Below are positions 37,981 through 50,214 of a stretch of DNA of 64,000 bases, one piece after another. The DNA is taken from assembly GCA_963575745.1 (NCBI GenBank), contig CAUYUJ010000198.1:1-64000 (forward strand). Reading direction: 5' to 3'. The notes below the pieces were generated by a model. The model made no database searches, was not told the origin of the DNA, and saw only the letters and a list, made by a program, of their open reading frames with translations. The DNA comes from Prorocentrum cordatum. Taxonomy: Eukaryota. Position 1 is the first letter of the stretch; every line of letters begins with the position of its first letter. The position numbers and the translations under genes were made by a program.

Positions 37981-40399
37981 CCGCGTGGACTCTGCACGAA
38001 ATGCTTGAGGAGCCATGGCAGCGTCACACGTGGCTTCGTACATCGGTCACGGACTCCCACTCACACGGGGAGGACACCGATGAAGAGCTGCACCACACTG
38101 GGGCGGCTGGGCAGAGCAGGTCGAACGTGCACCTCTCCCGCTGAGGGAGAAAGTCAAAGCGGGACCGGCTGAGGAGGGGAATCATCGAGTTGGACTCGGC
38201 GATATAGCGCCGATAGATCGGCGATAGGCCCCCGACAGCGAAGCCGCACGTTCCTGGGCCCTACCAGAGATGAATGGGCGATTCGGGGTTGAAGCGCCGC
38301 CCCTGGAGCCTATCCCACCCTAACGTTGCCCTTGATCTTCCTTCTTTGACCATTCCCCGTGTCGTGGGCGGGAAGCATGATATCCGCGTCCACGGTGCCG
38401 CGGACAGAACCCGTCGGCCGCGGCCCTGTGGACATACAGGACGGCCCCGCGCGGACGCCCCCCGCGGGATGGAACAATCCGTGGGATCGCGTATCCGTCG
38501 GATCGGGCCCGCCATCCAAACCACGAGGGTATGGGCATGGACCCAAATATCCCACGACATGTTCGTTTTAAATCCGGGCGTCATTCCTCGATCCGGCCTC
38601 TGGGGCCCGTTGTCGGGCCCCGCGGCCATCAAAAGTGGGCCCAGGCAGAACAAAGACCCCCGGGGAGGGGGTCGGGAGCTCTGGGGCCGCGCACTGAGAA
38701 AAATCAGATCGGCGGATGTGTGAGGATACGGTCGGGGACTTTTGTTGCTAGCGTGTCACGGCGGCGACCCCTGGTGACACGCCATGCCCTGCAAGCGGAC
38801 AGCGTGTCGCTCCGCTCCGCACGGGGACTGGGACGTGGTTAGCCTAACGCGGCGAAGCGTGGTAGGCCAGAATCGGCAGCGCGACACGCTAAGCACCATA
38901 TGTTTGTCGCTTGTGAATTGTCCCCCCCGCCCACTCACCCCTCCCACTCCCCTACGCCAGCATTCCTCTCTGTCTTCCCCCACGTCGGCTCGAACCGATC
39001 TTCTCGCCAGGGGACGCCGACCTCGCATTCGGCGTCACCGCTTACGAGAGCTGCCTCCGAGGCTCTGACCAGGCCCCTGCTGTACCTTTCTGCCGCCGTC
39101 TGCTACTGGAGATATCGAAATGAGCTCGTCTCTTGTCGATGGGTATGCAGCGATGCTCGCTCCTGGGAGGAGCGCCTCGCTCTCAAGTCGACGGTTCAGG
39201 TCTGGGGCTCCGAGGGATGGGGCCCTGAGGACGTGTGACCTCAAGCAGTGAACGTTCAGCTCCCATCCCCAAAGCCCCACCTCTCTGGGCCCCATCTCTG
39301 AGCGGCCGACGGAGGCAAACCGGCGACACTCCTCTGGGGCTGCGGGAGCCCCGCCCTCCCGCCCCATGAGCTCCTCCCCCGGAAGGCCGCTGTCGCCGGT
39401 GTCGACAGGGCGCCTTCGGAGGCCTCTCCACTGGGGTCCGAGCAGATGGGGTCGGAGGATGGAGCCGCAACGCCGATGCATCGCCGATGCGTGGACGTCG
39501 GTGGGCGACGCATCGGCGCCGTCGGTGTGGAGAACAGTCGGGGTCGACATCGAGCCGCATCGCGGAAGCGTCAGCGATGCGGCGCGATCCTCTGGCCCCC
39601 TCTACTCCAGCATCATACGGGAGGCCTGGCACCTCAGGGTGCCTGGGCGTTCGAAGTTGTCCAAGCCATTCCACGTTGGCACAGATGGCTCCTGATGGCC
39701 TCCAAGCTTACGGAGGATTGGCAAGCTTGGTTCAAGATGCCCTCCAAGATGCTGCGGCGTCCAAGATGCCCTAAAGACGGCTTGAGGCGGCCAGGGAGCT
39801 CCCGAGAGGCACAGTTCACCAAAACCTGTTGATTATTCACTGCGTTCACTTCTCCAACTCCTCTGCATAATACAATTCTGGGAGCCCTTCAGAACGCCCC
39901 GGGACGGCCGAAATAACCAAGAAGGGCACCTGGGCGAAAGGACGCAGAGATAGTAGGCCCCAGTGAAACCTACGGGCGGAAGCAATAGGAAGAGACAGTC
40001 AGAACGCCGCTTACTCAGTGTTTTCTTGCTGGCTGCGCGGCTGGTTTGGAACTCGGCCACATCCACGCGGCCAGCAAGTGAGGCAGCCGCTCCCGCTCCC
40101 GAGCCACCCCACATGATGCCCCCTCGACACATACCGTACGTCCTCCACTGCACCGGCACATGCCTCGTGCCCTCCTTGTTGTAGGGTCGGTGCGCGAGCA
40201 GGAGGGAGAAAGAGAGCGAGCGAACGAGAGGGAGAGAGGGATATCGACATACTATACATACATAACGCCATGCACAAATATGTATACACAGATACAGATC
40301 ATAGACATGTTAATCTAGGTGCATATTCAAAGACAGAGAGAGAGAGAGAGAGAGAGATAGAGAGAGAGAGGGAGAGAACCGCCAAAAGAGATAGAGAGC

Positions 40400-40438
40400 C
40401 TCGAACTGGGCAAGGGTCTCCAGCAGCGCCCACACCGC
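40400..40438 (-). CDS. LRR gene exon D (39 nt): AVWALLETLAQFE
   Basis: tcttctctgcag|GCG acceptor and GAG|gc donor. It supplies the amphipathic helix between LRR strands, in phase 0 with exons C and E. Confidence 0.82.
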
Positions 40439-43268
40439 CTGCAGAGAAGAGCCAAACTCGCCTCTCTGTCTACTCTTCTCCCTCCTCCTGCTCACGATTC
40501 CTTTGCGCGTTTCCCCCCCCTCCTCCTCCTCCTCCTCCTCCTCCTCCTCCTCCTCCTCCTCCTCCTCCTCCTCCTCCTCCTCTTATGATTTCCCCTACTC
40601 TTTCACATCATCTTTGTTCGCCACCACGTCCTCACAGATCCAACTGGCGCTGCAGCCACCCCTCTGCCGCTCTGTCATCTCTCTCTCCTCGTTCTCCTCC
40701 TCGTTCTCCTCCTTCTTCCCCCGCTTCTTCTTCGCACTGTCTCTCTGCCTCTCGCGCGCACGCGGGCGTCCGCTCCTCGCCGACCCCCGCGGCCGCAGCG
40801 CCGCGGCGGGCGCGTCCGGGGCGGGGACACAAGGGGGCGGGCGAGAGCGTCAGGAGGGCGAGCCAGCCGAGAGCAGCCAGGGCGGGCCGACGGCAGGGGG
40901 GGCCAGCGAGCGGGGGATGGTGGAGGAACGGCGAGAGGACGAGGGAGGGAGCGTGCCCCGAGTGGGGCTGCTGCAGCCGAGCCGCCCGCGGCGGCTCCTC
41001 GGGGGCCTCGCGGGTCCGACCCATCAGCACGAGGGCGTTGCGGAGGGCGCACTCGCGCCCGACCCTGGCGTCCATGCAGGGGTCCAAGGGGGCACGAAGA
41101 AATTCTTATGGCCAGGTCGCGCAGCCGCAGGCTGGCGTACCAGTCGGAAGCCCAGGTGGCAGGCCCAGGCGCGCGACCTGATCGCCGATGCCCAGGAATC
41201 AATGTTATATTGCTTCAATCTGCGCATTGTTTGTAATGCCCAATCTTGGGACCGCCATGTAGAGGTCCGGAAACTGCTCGACGTACCATTGAACGTCGCC
41301 TCGCCGCCGATGACCGTTTAACAAATGTATAACACGACGTCTAGCGTGGCCATGTGGCCGCGGCACAAGCACCTGTTGCACCTGGTCGATGACGTGCTGC
41401 TTCAAGGCTGGCTGGTCAGGTGGCCGCGACTCGGGCTGAAAGCGGCGCTGGCGCCCGCTGGCGAAAGCTGCAGACTAGGCTGGCCCACGTTGGTCACGTA
41501 GCACGGCATGGCTCAGCGTGGCATTGCGCAGCGAAACATTGCATCACAAAACGTTGCAACGCAAAGCGGCGCAGAACACAACGCCGCCCTTCATGTAATG
41601 GCACGGCTCAAAGTTCCTTGGAGGGTAACTTGATCGCCTTCGAGGTCTGGGCCAGTCTGGAGTTGTGGCTCCATGTCTAACTCCGTGGGTTCCCCGAAAA
41701 GCTCCGCGCAAGGCGGGGCTGATGGAGAGCACCTGCTGGCTCTGCTTTCAACATCGCCTTCTCAATGCAGACCCGGGCCCACGCCTAATACTTCATGAAA
41801 GCGACGACGCCCCAAAGTGGGGGGGCCTCTGCGGCAACAGCCAGCGAAACAACGAAATCGACGCCGAATCTGCAAAACACTTCCTATGTTTGTGAAATTC
41901 GTTCTTCCTCCTTTTTTTGTTTTGTTTCCGGGGGCGGGGTGGGCGCATTTTCTAAATTTTGGGGCCTATTTGGAAGGGCCGGAAACGCTCACGCTGCAGC
42001 GGAAACGCGAATTGGAACAACCAGAGGCGCAGAAATGAAGCCAGCGCTTCAGCAGGAACAACGACAACCCAAGCGAAAACGCGTTTCCCGGGAATCCTGC
42101 GCGTAAAAAGCAATACGCGGAAGGGTGTGCGGATATCTCCCGGACGTTATCAGGGGAGAAAGGAGAGTAGCGTTCATGGTGTTTAATGGTTGAGCGGGGG
42201 AGAAAGCTGATGAGAAGGATGACTGGCAGTAGCAGGCTGACGCGGAGGAAGGGGGCGGTCGCGATGAGGCTGGATTTTTTCTCGGGCAAAGGTAATGTGA
42301 ACACACATGCTCTCTGGATTTGAATGCCTAGCTGCTGGAATAACGTGGTGCTGGCCAGCCATGCTGCAATCCCAGATATCTCCGTTCCCCAATGAAGATG
42401 TACTCGGCGCAGAGCGGCAAGTAACCGACGCAACCACCGCTTGCTCAGGACTTTCGCTGCTATCCAGCATGATGGTCGCGTGCCTCGAGGGCGGTCCATC
42501 TGGTCTTGCTGGGGCAAGTGGGCGCTGCTTGCGGAGCCGCTTTGCAGCCGACTGACAATGCAATGAATTTACTTCTCGCCCGCCAGCAGTCGGCGCGGGT
42601 AGATGCCGCTTGCGCTTCGTTGTCCCTCTGGGTGCTGCTGGGCTGGCCCAGGTGAAGACGCAGTGGCTGTGCCCGAACAGCGACGGCGCCTCTGTGGCCC
42701 GAAAAAAACCGTTTCATTATGTTTCATTGTTTCTCGGTTTGCCTGACTTCAGGATCGGCTCGCGGCCCCCCCCCGCCCGCTTCTTGGGCGGCGGGCGGCG
42801 GGCTGAGGCGCGGCTGGCAGTCGGCCAAGGTGGGGGGCAGCCGATGGTGAGGTCGGGGTTCTCTGTCGGCAGCGGCTTCGCTGCCGCTCGCTGGCTGCGG
42901 GGTCTCGAAGTCGAGGCTCTCGTGCTCTTGTGGCGGCGCCGTTGGAGCTGGCGGCGGCGGCGCTGGCTCCAGTCCTCGCCCCGAGGGGGGGGGGGGACGG
43001 GGGGCACGGGGGGGTGCCTCGACTGTCGGCGGAGGGGTGTCGGCGAGATTGCCGGGCAGGGCGGTCTCCCTGCCGACGTGTCGAACGGCGTGCGACATCG
43101 CAGAAATCACCACCGGGGTCTCAGACCTGTGCTTGCCCCGAGCCCCGAAGCGTGGCGAACTCGCCCGTTTCAGGGCCCCGCCTCTCCCCCTTCTTCCTCC
43201 TCGTTCCCGGATCTCGGGCCCCCCCCCCCCTCCCTGCTCGTCCCTCTCGAGAGCGCGGCGGCGGCCGC

Positions 43269-43359
43269 CTCGTTGCTCAGGCCGTTGCCGCTGAAGTCGA
43301 CCTCCCCAGAGCACCGCCGCAGCGGCCCGAGGCCATGCTCGGCCTTGAAGGAGGCCAGC
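43269..43359 (-). CDS. LRR gene exon C: (R)LASFKAEHGLGPLRRCSGEVDFSGNGLSNE
   Basis: LRR strand VDFSGNGL, ccag|G acceptor (phase 2), GAG|gc donor. Confidence 0.83.
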
Positions 43360-43376
43360 CTGGCCGCGCTCGGCGG

Positions 43377-43377
<1 letters not shown>

Positions 43378-43441
<64 letters not shown>

Positions 43442-43475
43442 CGTCGTCCGTCGTCCGTCGTCCGTCGTCCGTCGT

Positions 43476-43522
<47 letters not shown>

Positions 43523-43625
43523 CTCGTCGTCGTTGAAGGAGAAGGAGGAGGAGGAGGAGGAGGAGGAGGAGGAGGAGGAGGAGGAGGAGGAGGAGGAGGA
43601 GGAGGAGGAGGAGAGGAGAGGAGAT
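43378..43625. repeat. (GTC)n followed by (GGA)n microsatellites
   Basis: Direct reading. Confidence 0.95.
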
Positions 43626-43639
43626 GAGAGCGAAGCAGG

Positions 43640-45355
43640 AGCGCGCCAATCGATGCCGACGCGACCCATCCCCGCGCCCGAGGAAAGGCCAGCGGCCTCA
43701 GGAGGAGGCCTCCTTCATGGCCCCACCGTGCGGGCTGCAGCCAGCGGAGCCTCGAGCGCAGCGCATTCGGCGCTCGCCAGCCCGTGCTCCCGCCTGGCCC
43801 GCACCACGGCCTCGTCGACGGCCTGCTGGTCCAGCGCCGCCTTCGCCTTCTTCTTGGCCTTCTTGCTCAGGGCGGGCGTGGGCAGCTGCGAGCCCGCCTC
43901 GGGCGCCTGCCTGCAGCCCCTGCCGCCGAGCCCCTCGGAGGCCTCTCGATCGACCTCGTCCTCGCCGCCGAGCTCCGAGGCGGCCCGAGGCGCCTGCAGC
44001 GCCGCCACCTCCGCCTCGATCTCCGCGTCGTCGTCGTCCACCTCGTCGACCTTCACCTCCTCGCTGGTCGCCTGGACCCCGTCGCTGCTCACGACGACCA
44101 CCACCTGCACCTTGGGCCGTAACAGCGAGACAGTGCCCTCGAGGTCGCCGCACACCAAGGGCGGCAGCTGCATGCCCATGAGGGCGCAGAAGCCGGCCTT
44201 CAAACTAGAACTGCTGCCCTGAAGTTCTGGATTGCGCTCGCCGCAATTTATCACAAGCTGTGGCCAACTGTTTGTACCAGTGCCTGGGTCTTGGGGAGCC
44301 GCTCCCAGCGGGACTGGTTCCCCCGAGCCGCGCTTCCAGCTGCACGTGCCGTCGAAGCCCTGCTTGGCGGCCTCGACCGTCTCGCTGAGCACCCTGTCGA
44401 CAAGCAGCTCCTCGTGCTGGGCGGCCTCGATCGCCGCGTCGAGCAGCGCGTCGTCGTCGTCGCCGTCGGGCAGCGCTGCGGCCAGCGCCCTTGCCCTGCT
44501 GCCTGCGCCTGCGCGGGCGGCCAGGCTCCACCGCCTCGTCCAGGAACCTCCCCCTCACCTTCTGGGCAGCCCCGGCGGCGGCCCCGGAGGGGGTGACATA
44601 GCCGCCGTCGCAAGAGACCGCCGGCGACGGGGGGAGTGTCACCCCTCTCGAGTGCCCCCTGGAGGCCTCCCCAGGCTCCCCGCGGGGGCGGCTCTGCAAG
44701 CGGATCTGCGCGACCGCCCTCCGCGCCAGCCATCGGCGCGCACAGCACCGCATGCGGGCTGCAGCGGCGGCAAGCTGAGGGGAGCCCTGCATGCCAGCCT
44801 GCTGCGACCAGCGCCTCGTGACCGGCGTCCAGCCGCACGACGGCACCGCCTCGCCGAAGCGCGCCTCCAAGCCGAAGTGCGCCGTACTTGAGCCTGCACA
44901 CGCCGTCGTCGCAGCCGTCGCTCTGCTGCGGCTCCGCTGGAGGGGGCGGGGCGGCCGCAGCGGGGGCTATGCCTCCGCCAGCGGCTCCAGCGTCGGCGCG
45001 CCCTGCCGCCTTCAGGTGCACGCCCAACTCCGCGCGCAGGGCCGGGAGGTCCGCGCGGAGGGCCGCGATGTCCTCCTCCACCAGCGGCTGCCGCGGCGGC
45101 TCCACGCGCAGGACGACCTCCAGCGGCCACGCGGGAGGCGGCCAGCAGGCCGCCCAGCAAGCCGTGCACCAGCGGCCGCCGCAGGGCAGGGTCGCCATCA
45201 GCAGCGCGTCCAGCAGCTGCACGACTGCATTCGCTCCGTATCAGTCGGGGCCCTCCGCGGCGCAGCAAGCGCGGAAGAGGAGCCCGTCGCCAAGATCGCC
45301 TCGGGAAGGCTCGGAGCTGGCTCCTAGGCGCCAAAGCGCAGTTGAGCCAAAACGG
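43640..45355 (-). pseudogene. Decayed SL-headed retrocopy of an unknown protein, between two (GGA)n tracts
   Basis: SL-like CCGTTTTGGCTCAA at 45342-45355. Protein-like segments lie in different frames (EEDIAALRADLPALRAEL; DDDALLDAAIEAAQHEELL; LSKKAKKKAKAALDQQAVDEAV). No family was recognised. Confidence 0.5.
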
Positions 45356-45937
45356 TTCTTGGGAGGAGGAGGAGGAGGAGGAGGAGGAGGAGGAGGAGGA
45401 GGAGGAGGAGGAGGGGGAGGAGGAGGAGAAAGAGGATGATGATGACTAGTGTATTCCCTCTCCTTCGCCTCCTCCTCTAGTGGGATGTCGCCCTCTCCTC
45501 GCCTCCTTCTCTGGGACTTCCTGTTTGCTTGGGAGGTCGCCGGAAACGTGGTCGGCCAAAGAACAAGTGGAACTGGAACGTGTTGTTATGGCGTGCCAGG
45601 CAGCCGGCGACGAGGACACATGGCCTCAACTATAATAAGGGGGCGCCCGCATTCAACGGCATGCAGCGCGCAAGTTCTGCTCACAGGTCGCAGTGCAGGT
45701 CTTTACTTCCCGGCCTGCGTACCACCGCCGACGCACCTCTGACGTGCATGGCGCTCTCTCTCTCTCTCTCTCTCCCTCTCTCTCTTTCTCGCCACCTCCT
45801 CCTCCTCCTCCTCCTCCTCCTCCTGTTCCTCCTCTCCCCCCGCCCTCCCTCGCACCATCGCCCTTGCCCGAGGCCCCTGCCCCTGCCTCTGCTACTGCTG
45901 CACCCCCCCCCGCCCGGCTCGGGGGGGAGGGAGGGGC

Positions 45938-45975
45938 CTGCTCTTGAGCCAGCTGCAGTAGTGGCTCATGCCATC
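45938..45975 (-). CDS. LRR gene exon B (38 nt): DGMSHYCSWLKS(R)
   Basis: gtcag|GAT acceptor, AG|gc donor in phase 2, completing AG+G = Arg with exon C. Confidence 0.72.
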
Positions 45976-47809
45976 CTGACGGGCGGCGGGCGCCGCGGGG
46001 AAGGGGGGGTGGTGCAGAGCAAGAGGAGGAGGAGGCGGACGAGGAGGAGGAGGAAAACAGGAAACGAGGAGCACGATAGGAGCCAACCAGCCTCGAGCTT
46101 ACCCCCTATCCATAAGATTGGCAAGCCAAGAGGCGATGACAACATGTAGGATGTGCCCTCGGAAAGCGGAGGGAATCCTTAAGACTGGCGTCGAGATACG
46201 GAGATGCCAGTCATAGGGATAGGGACGTGCCTCTGGCTGGTAATCAGCAGGAGGCGGAGGAAGAGGAGAAAACGATGAGGAACAACAGGAGAAACGGAGA
46301 TGCGAGAAGATGGCAATCATAGGGATAAGGGCATGCTTCAAACTGTGCTTCTTCAGTCGGACGAATGGAAAATAGAGAGCATTGTTTCAATCCCGGAAAT
46401 CCCTACTCTTTCCGCAAGACCAACTTTCCATTCCGATTCGTTCCTTGATGGTTCTGTGGCCTGACGAGGGCTCCCCCAAGCCGAACGCAAGCAAACACCT
46501 CTCTCGCCGTGACTTTTTTTTATGACGCGAGCATGTCTGGGGATACGAGCACCCTCATCTCTGTTTGCCAGAATTCTGGCCGCGACCGACGAGATTGGTC
46601 GCTACCGATGTTGCTTCGAAATCCGGGATCGGCCGCGACCGAATTGGCGAAACATCGGTCGCGACCGGTCTGGGAGTTGGTCGCGGCCGACTTGGAGTGC
46701 CGATCGGTCGCTACCGATGGTGACCGAACAAAACCTGCACGGTCGAGTTCGATGGGAGAGGACACCCGAGGGAACACAAGTCCGAGGGCCACATGGGAAT
46801 GTAGAAGGCACGGGCCGCTAACGCACAGGATGCGAGGGGAGCTTTGATTTTGGCAGGGTTGACCTGCTACCGTCGAGAGCTTTCGCCTAGGTGGCGTGTC
46901 GCGGCGACGGCCCCAGCGACACGCTATGCCTTGCAAGCGGATTGCGTGTCGCTGCGCTCCGCGGGGCGGGAAGCTGACGCTGAGAGGCCAGGAAGTGGAC
47001 AGCGTGTCGCGGCGAGACTTGGTGGGCCAGACCCAGCGGGGCGAGACGATGAGCCAAAATTGCCGACCGTCGTCAAACTCGACTGTTCGAGTTGGGGGTC
47101 GACTACAACATTGATTTAGCCAAAGGTGCATGTCCCGCCGGACCCATGACAACACGATGGACTGAATGTGTATGCGACAAGAAAGCCAATCCTGGGGTGA
47201 ATTAGCTCTGCAGTCGATCCCTTACTCGGACTGTCTCCAATGATCTGGGCGGGATTGGCGGCGCGCACAAGGGGGTAGTGGGAGGGGGAAAGGCTTCTTA
47301 GAAACACCCTGCTTCTTAGAAAGCGCAGGCGCTACGTCTATAGATAAGGCCCGCGCCTCCCCCTACCCCCTTTCGTCGCGTGGCCGACAAACTCGAACTG
47401 CACGGCCGCACCTAGGACAGAAGGACATCCTTCAAGAACATGAGACCCCCCACTGGCTAAACCGAAAGACGCTCAAAGGTACCCCCCCCAGGGTGCACAA
47501 GAACACCCAACACACACGAAATCATCAGGGCGTCCTCCCCAAATCGACCTCGATCTGATACCTCATTCCGACCGCACCCCCTTTGCGCGTTGCCGACAAA
47601 CTCGGACTGTATTCAAGGACCTGGACGGGAGGCGGCAGAGGGCAGAGCAGCAGCAGGAACCAAGGGGCAAGCAGAAGAACGGGCGGCCTCTCGGGCGGCC
47701 GCGAGGCGCGTCGCGGAGCCCACGTCCACCCCCGCGCGCGCATCGCGCGGGTGGTCGGCGCAAGCGCGCGAGGAGAGTAAAAATGTGGAGCAGCAAGGAA
47801 GGCAAGTTC

Positions 47810-49290
47810 CTTTTTTTCGGATGACGTGAAGCGGGTCAAGCGCGTACTAGAGCAAGTGTTACATTTGGCGCGGTAAGTCGCCACCTTCAGCCACACAACC
47901 ACAAAGGAGAAACCACAAATCGTACCCTGCATACCATGAAGACCAACAGTCGAGTCAGGTGCCCAAGCAAATCCGTCATGCCTCGGTGGCTTCCCCGGCT
48001 TTACTACGAAAGCCCCGAAACACAACGGACTGTTTTAAGAAGTAAACAGTTCCGGCGCAAATATATACAAAGGCAGAGTGGCGGGTGGCATAGAATTGAA
48101 CGGAGTACGGCCCTCAAGTGGGCACTGCTGCTCCATCCACAGTGGACGTAACCAGCACCCACTTGGCATGCGCAAGTGTCGCCGCATCAGCCAGTGCACT
48201 CACGTAGTTCGTGGGAGCAGCGAACCTCGGACTTGCATGCTCTACCACGCTCTTCGTCTCTATCATGTTTGCCCGCGAAGTTAGGCGATGTGCTTCTCTG
48301 GTGCGCTGTCCCTGGATGCCCTTGGGCATGGGGACCGCACTCCAAGAACACATAAGTATCTCAAGATGGCGCCACTCCGAGAGCAAACGCCAACAGCGAA
48401 CGCAAGCGTGTCCACCCACAGCGTTTGCAAATGATTCAACAATTTGAACCGCTCCTCTCCTTGACGGTAAGATCACGATGTTGTGGGCATGGTGCGGTTT
48501 TATCGTGTTTCTCCTCGCCCAGCTAGATCGTGCTGTGGTCGTAGCTGGGCTTACCGTCCGTGATGTTCAGGATGAGGTCTCTGTTAATACTCGCATGCGT
48601 TATGGGGTCGGCTCTCATGCCTCTAATGTCGCACCACGGTATGTCGTCGATCTGCTTGGTGCAAAATTGATCTGAAAAGCTACTCGAGATGTCTGGTCAT
48701 GCTGCTTCCAAATGGGGGTCAAACTTCCATGGCCAGGGCCGGGAAGACGGGTGTTCCGTCGACTATCAAGAACCTTCTGGTTGAACGGCAGGAGGTGTGC
48801 TTTCATGCCGTCAGCTGCGCCGCTGGCTGCGAGCAGCTCTAAGCCAAACGATGATCGGCACACCAGCTTATGCGATCGGCTCACGGCGTCGAGCGACTGG
48901 CATACCTGTTTGCCAATACTGCGGCACACGCCCTGACGCGTGTATGCGGCTCCTTTCATGCCGCGCCCGGTCTCCCATCAGCCTTCCTTTTGCCGTTGTA
49001 GGCGTCGACATGCGTACTCATCTCTCGCCCAGGGCGAGTTCTCGTCTGAGGGACAGGAACCATGAACAGGAGACGCCGTTGGGATCGCCGACTGCTCGCC
49101 GCCGCCAGACATCACTGCACGAGAAACTGATACGGGGCCCCATTCCCATAGTGAAGGCGCGAACAAAAAACTGCCAAGCTCAAGAGCTTTGCCCACCGCG
49201 GAGTAGCAATATCCGTTTTCGCCAATGCGGGCTCACTCCGCCAAAACAATGATTTTGAACCAAAATGGCTTGATCCAAAATTGCTACGGA
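47810..49290 (-). pseudogene. Heavily decayed retrocopy downstream of a tandem SL relic
   Basis: Unique, lower-GC sequence with no long ORF. Possible oligo(A) remnant at ~47811-47817. The product cannot be recognised and the 3' boundary is uncertain. Confidence 0.45.
49254..49290 (-). other. Tandem spliced-leader relic (full 22-mer + 15-mer)
   Basis: Minus strand TCCGTAGCAATTTTGGATCAAG CCATTTTGGTTCAAA. Confidence 0.88.
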
Positions 49291-50214
49291 AGGCGGCGAG
49301 GAAAAGGAGGAGGAGGATCACCTCGGTCGGCAGTCCTGTCTCGCCGCGCACTTCGGCCGCGGGGGCCGCGGGGGCCCAGAGGGGCAACGACGGACCGGCG
49401 GCCGCGCAACGCTGCTTCAGGCCAGCCCTCCCGTCCAATACCGCAGCCCTGCCCAGCCAACTTCGGGGCCGTGGGTTGCCGGCTGATGTCCTGGAGCTGC
49501 ACGGAGCGCGGCGTATTGATATCAATTGGGCTCAGCCGTTTGGGGGTTCTCGTAACCAGTCCACATGTGGACGACGAAAGACACGGGTTTTGCGCGTGAC
49601 GACATACCGACCTTACGCCGCGACTTACGCGGGCCGCCAGCGCGGCACGCTGCGCTGGAAACGAGGGCGCTTGCGAAGGACCTTGCGCGGGTAGCTGACG
49701 CGCCGATGTCGTCGCAGACGACCCCATTGTTTTGCATGGCTCACGTTGCTCGAACACGCACTAACCCGTGTCAGCGCACACCCATTCCTGCCAGGACCGC
49801 GTCGCGAGCCCAGGCCAGCCATGAAGCGGCGCCCACACCCGGATCAGCGCTGAGGGGGGCTGACCCCCGCTAGCGCTGACCCCAGTCACGCGGGTTCTGG
49901 GTGCGCCCCCGCCGCGCGAGCTCCTCCTCTTCCTCCTCCTCCTCCTCCTCACCTCCTCTTCGCCTGTCGTCACGGCATCCTCCTCGCTGCTCCTCTTGTT
50001 GCTCGTCCCCACCCACTCTGTGTCACCTCCGCCTCCTCCTCCTCCTCGTCGTCCTCCTCCTCCTCCTCCTTCTCCTCCTCAGACCACCCGGCCAAACTGT
50101 CAGTGCAAAAAGGAGGAGGAGGAGAAAAAGGACCTGGGCTCCTACGACGAGGCTGAGCCTCGGCGATCGCTGGACCACTCGGCCAAACTGTCAGTGCACT
50201 GGGCTCCTACGACG

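Noticed and set aside
45943..45951. TGGCTCAAG match to the SL 3' end
   Set aside because: It is the W-L-K codons of LRR exon B, with no T-run.
47049..47070. SL-like CAATTTTGGCTCA on the minus strand
   Set aside because: It lies at the position homologous to gcgacacgctaagca in a dispersed repeat and lacks the SL 5' part, so it is probably coincidental.
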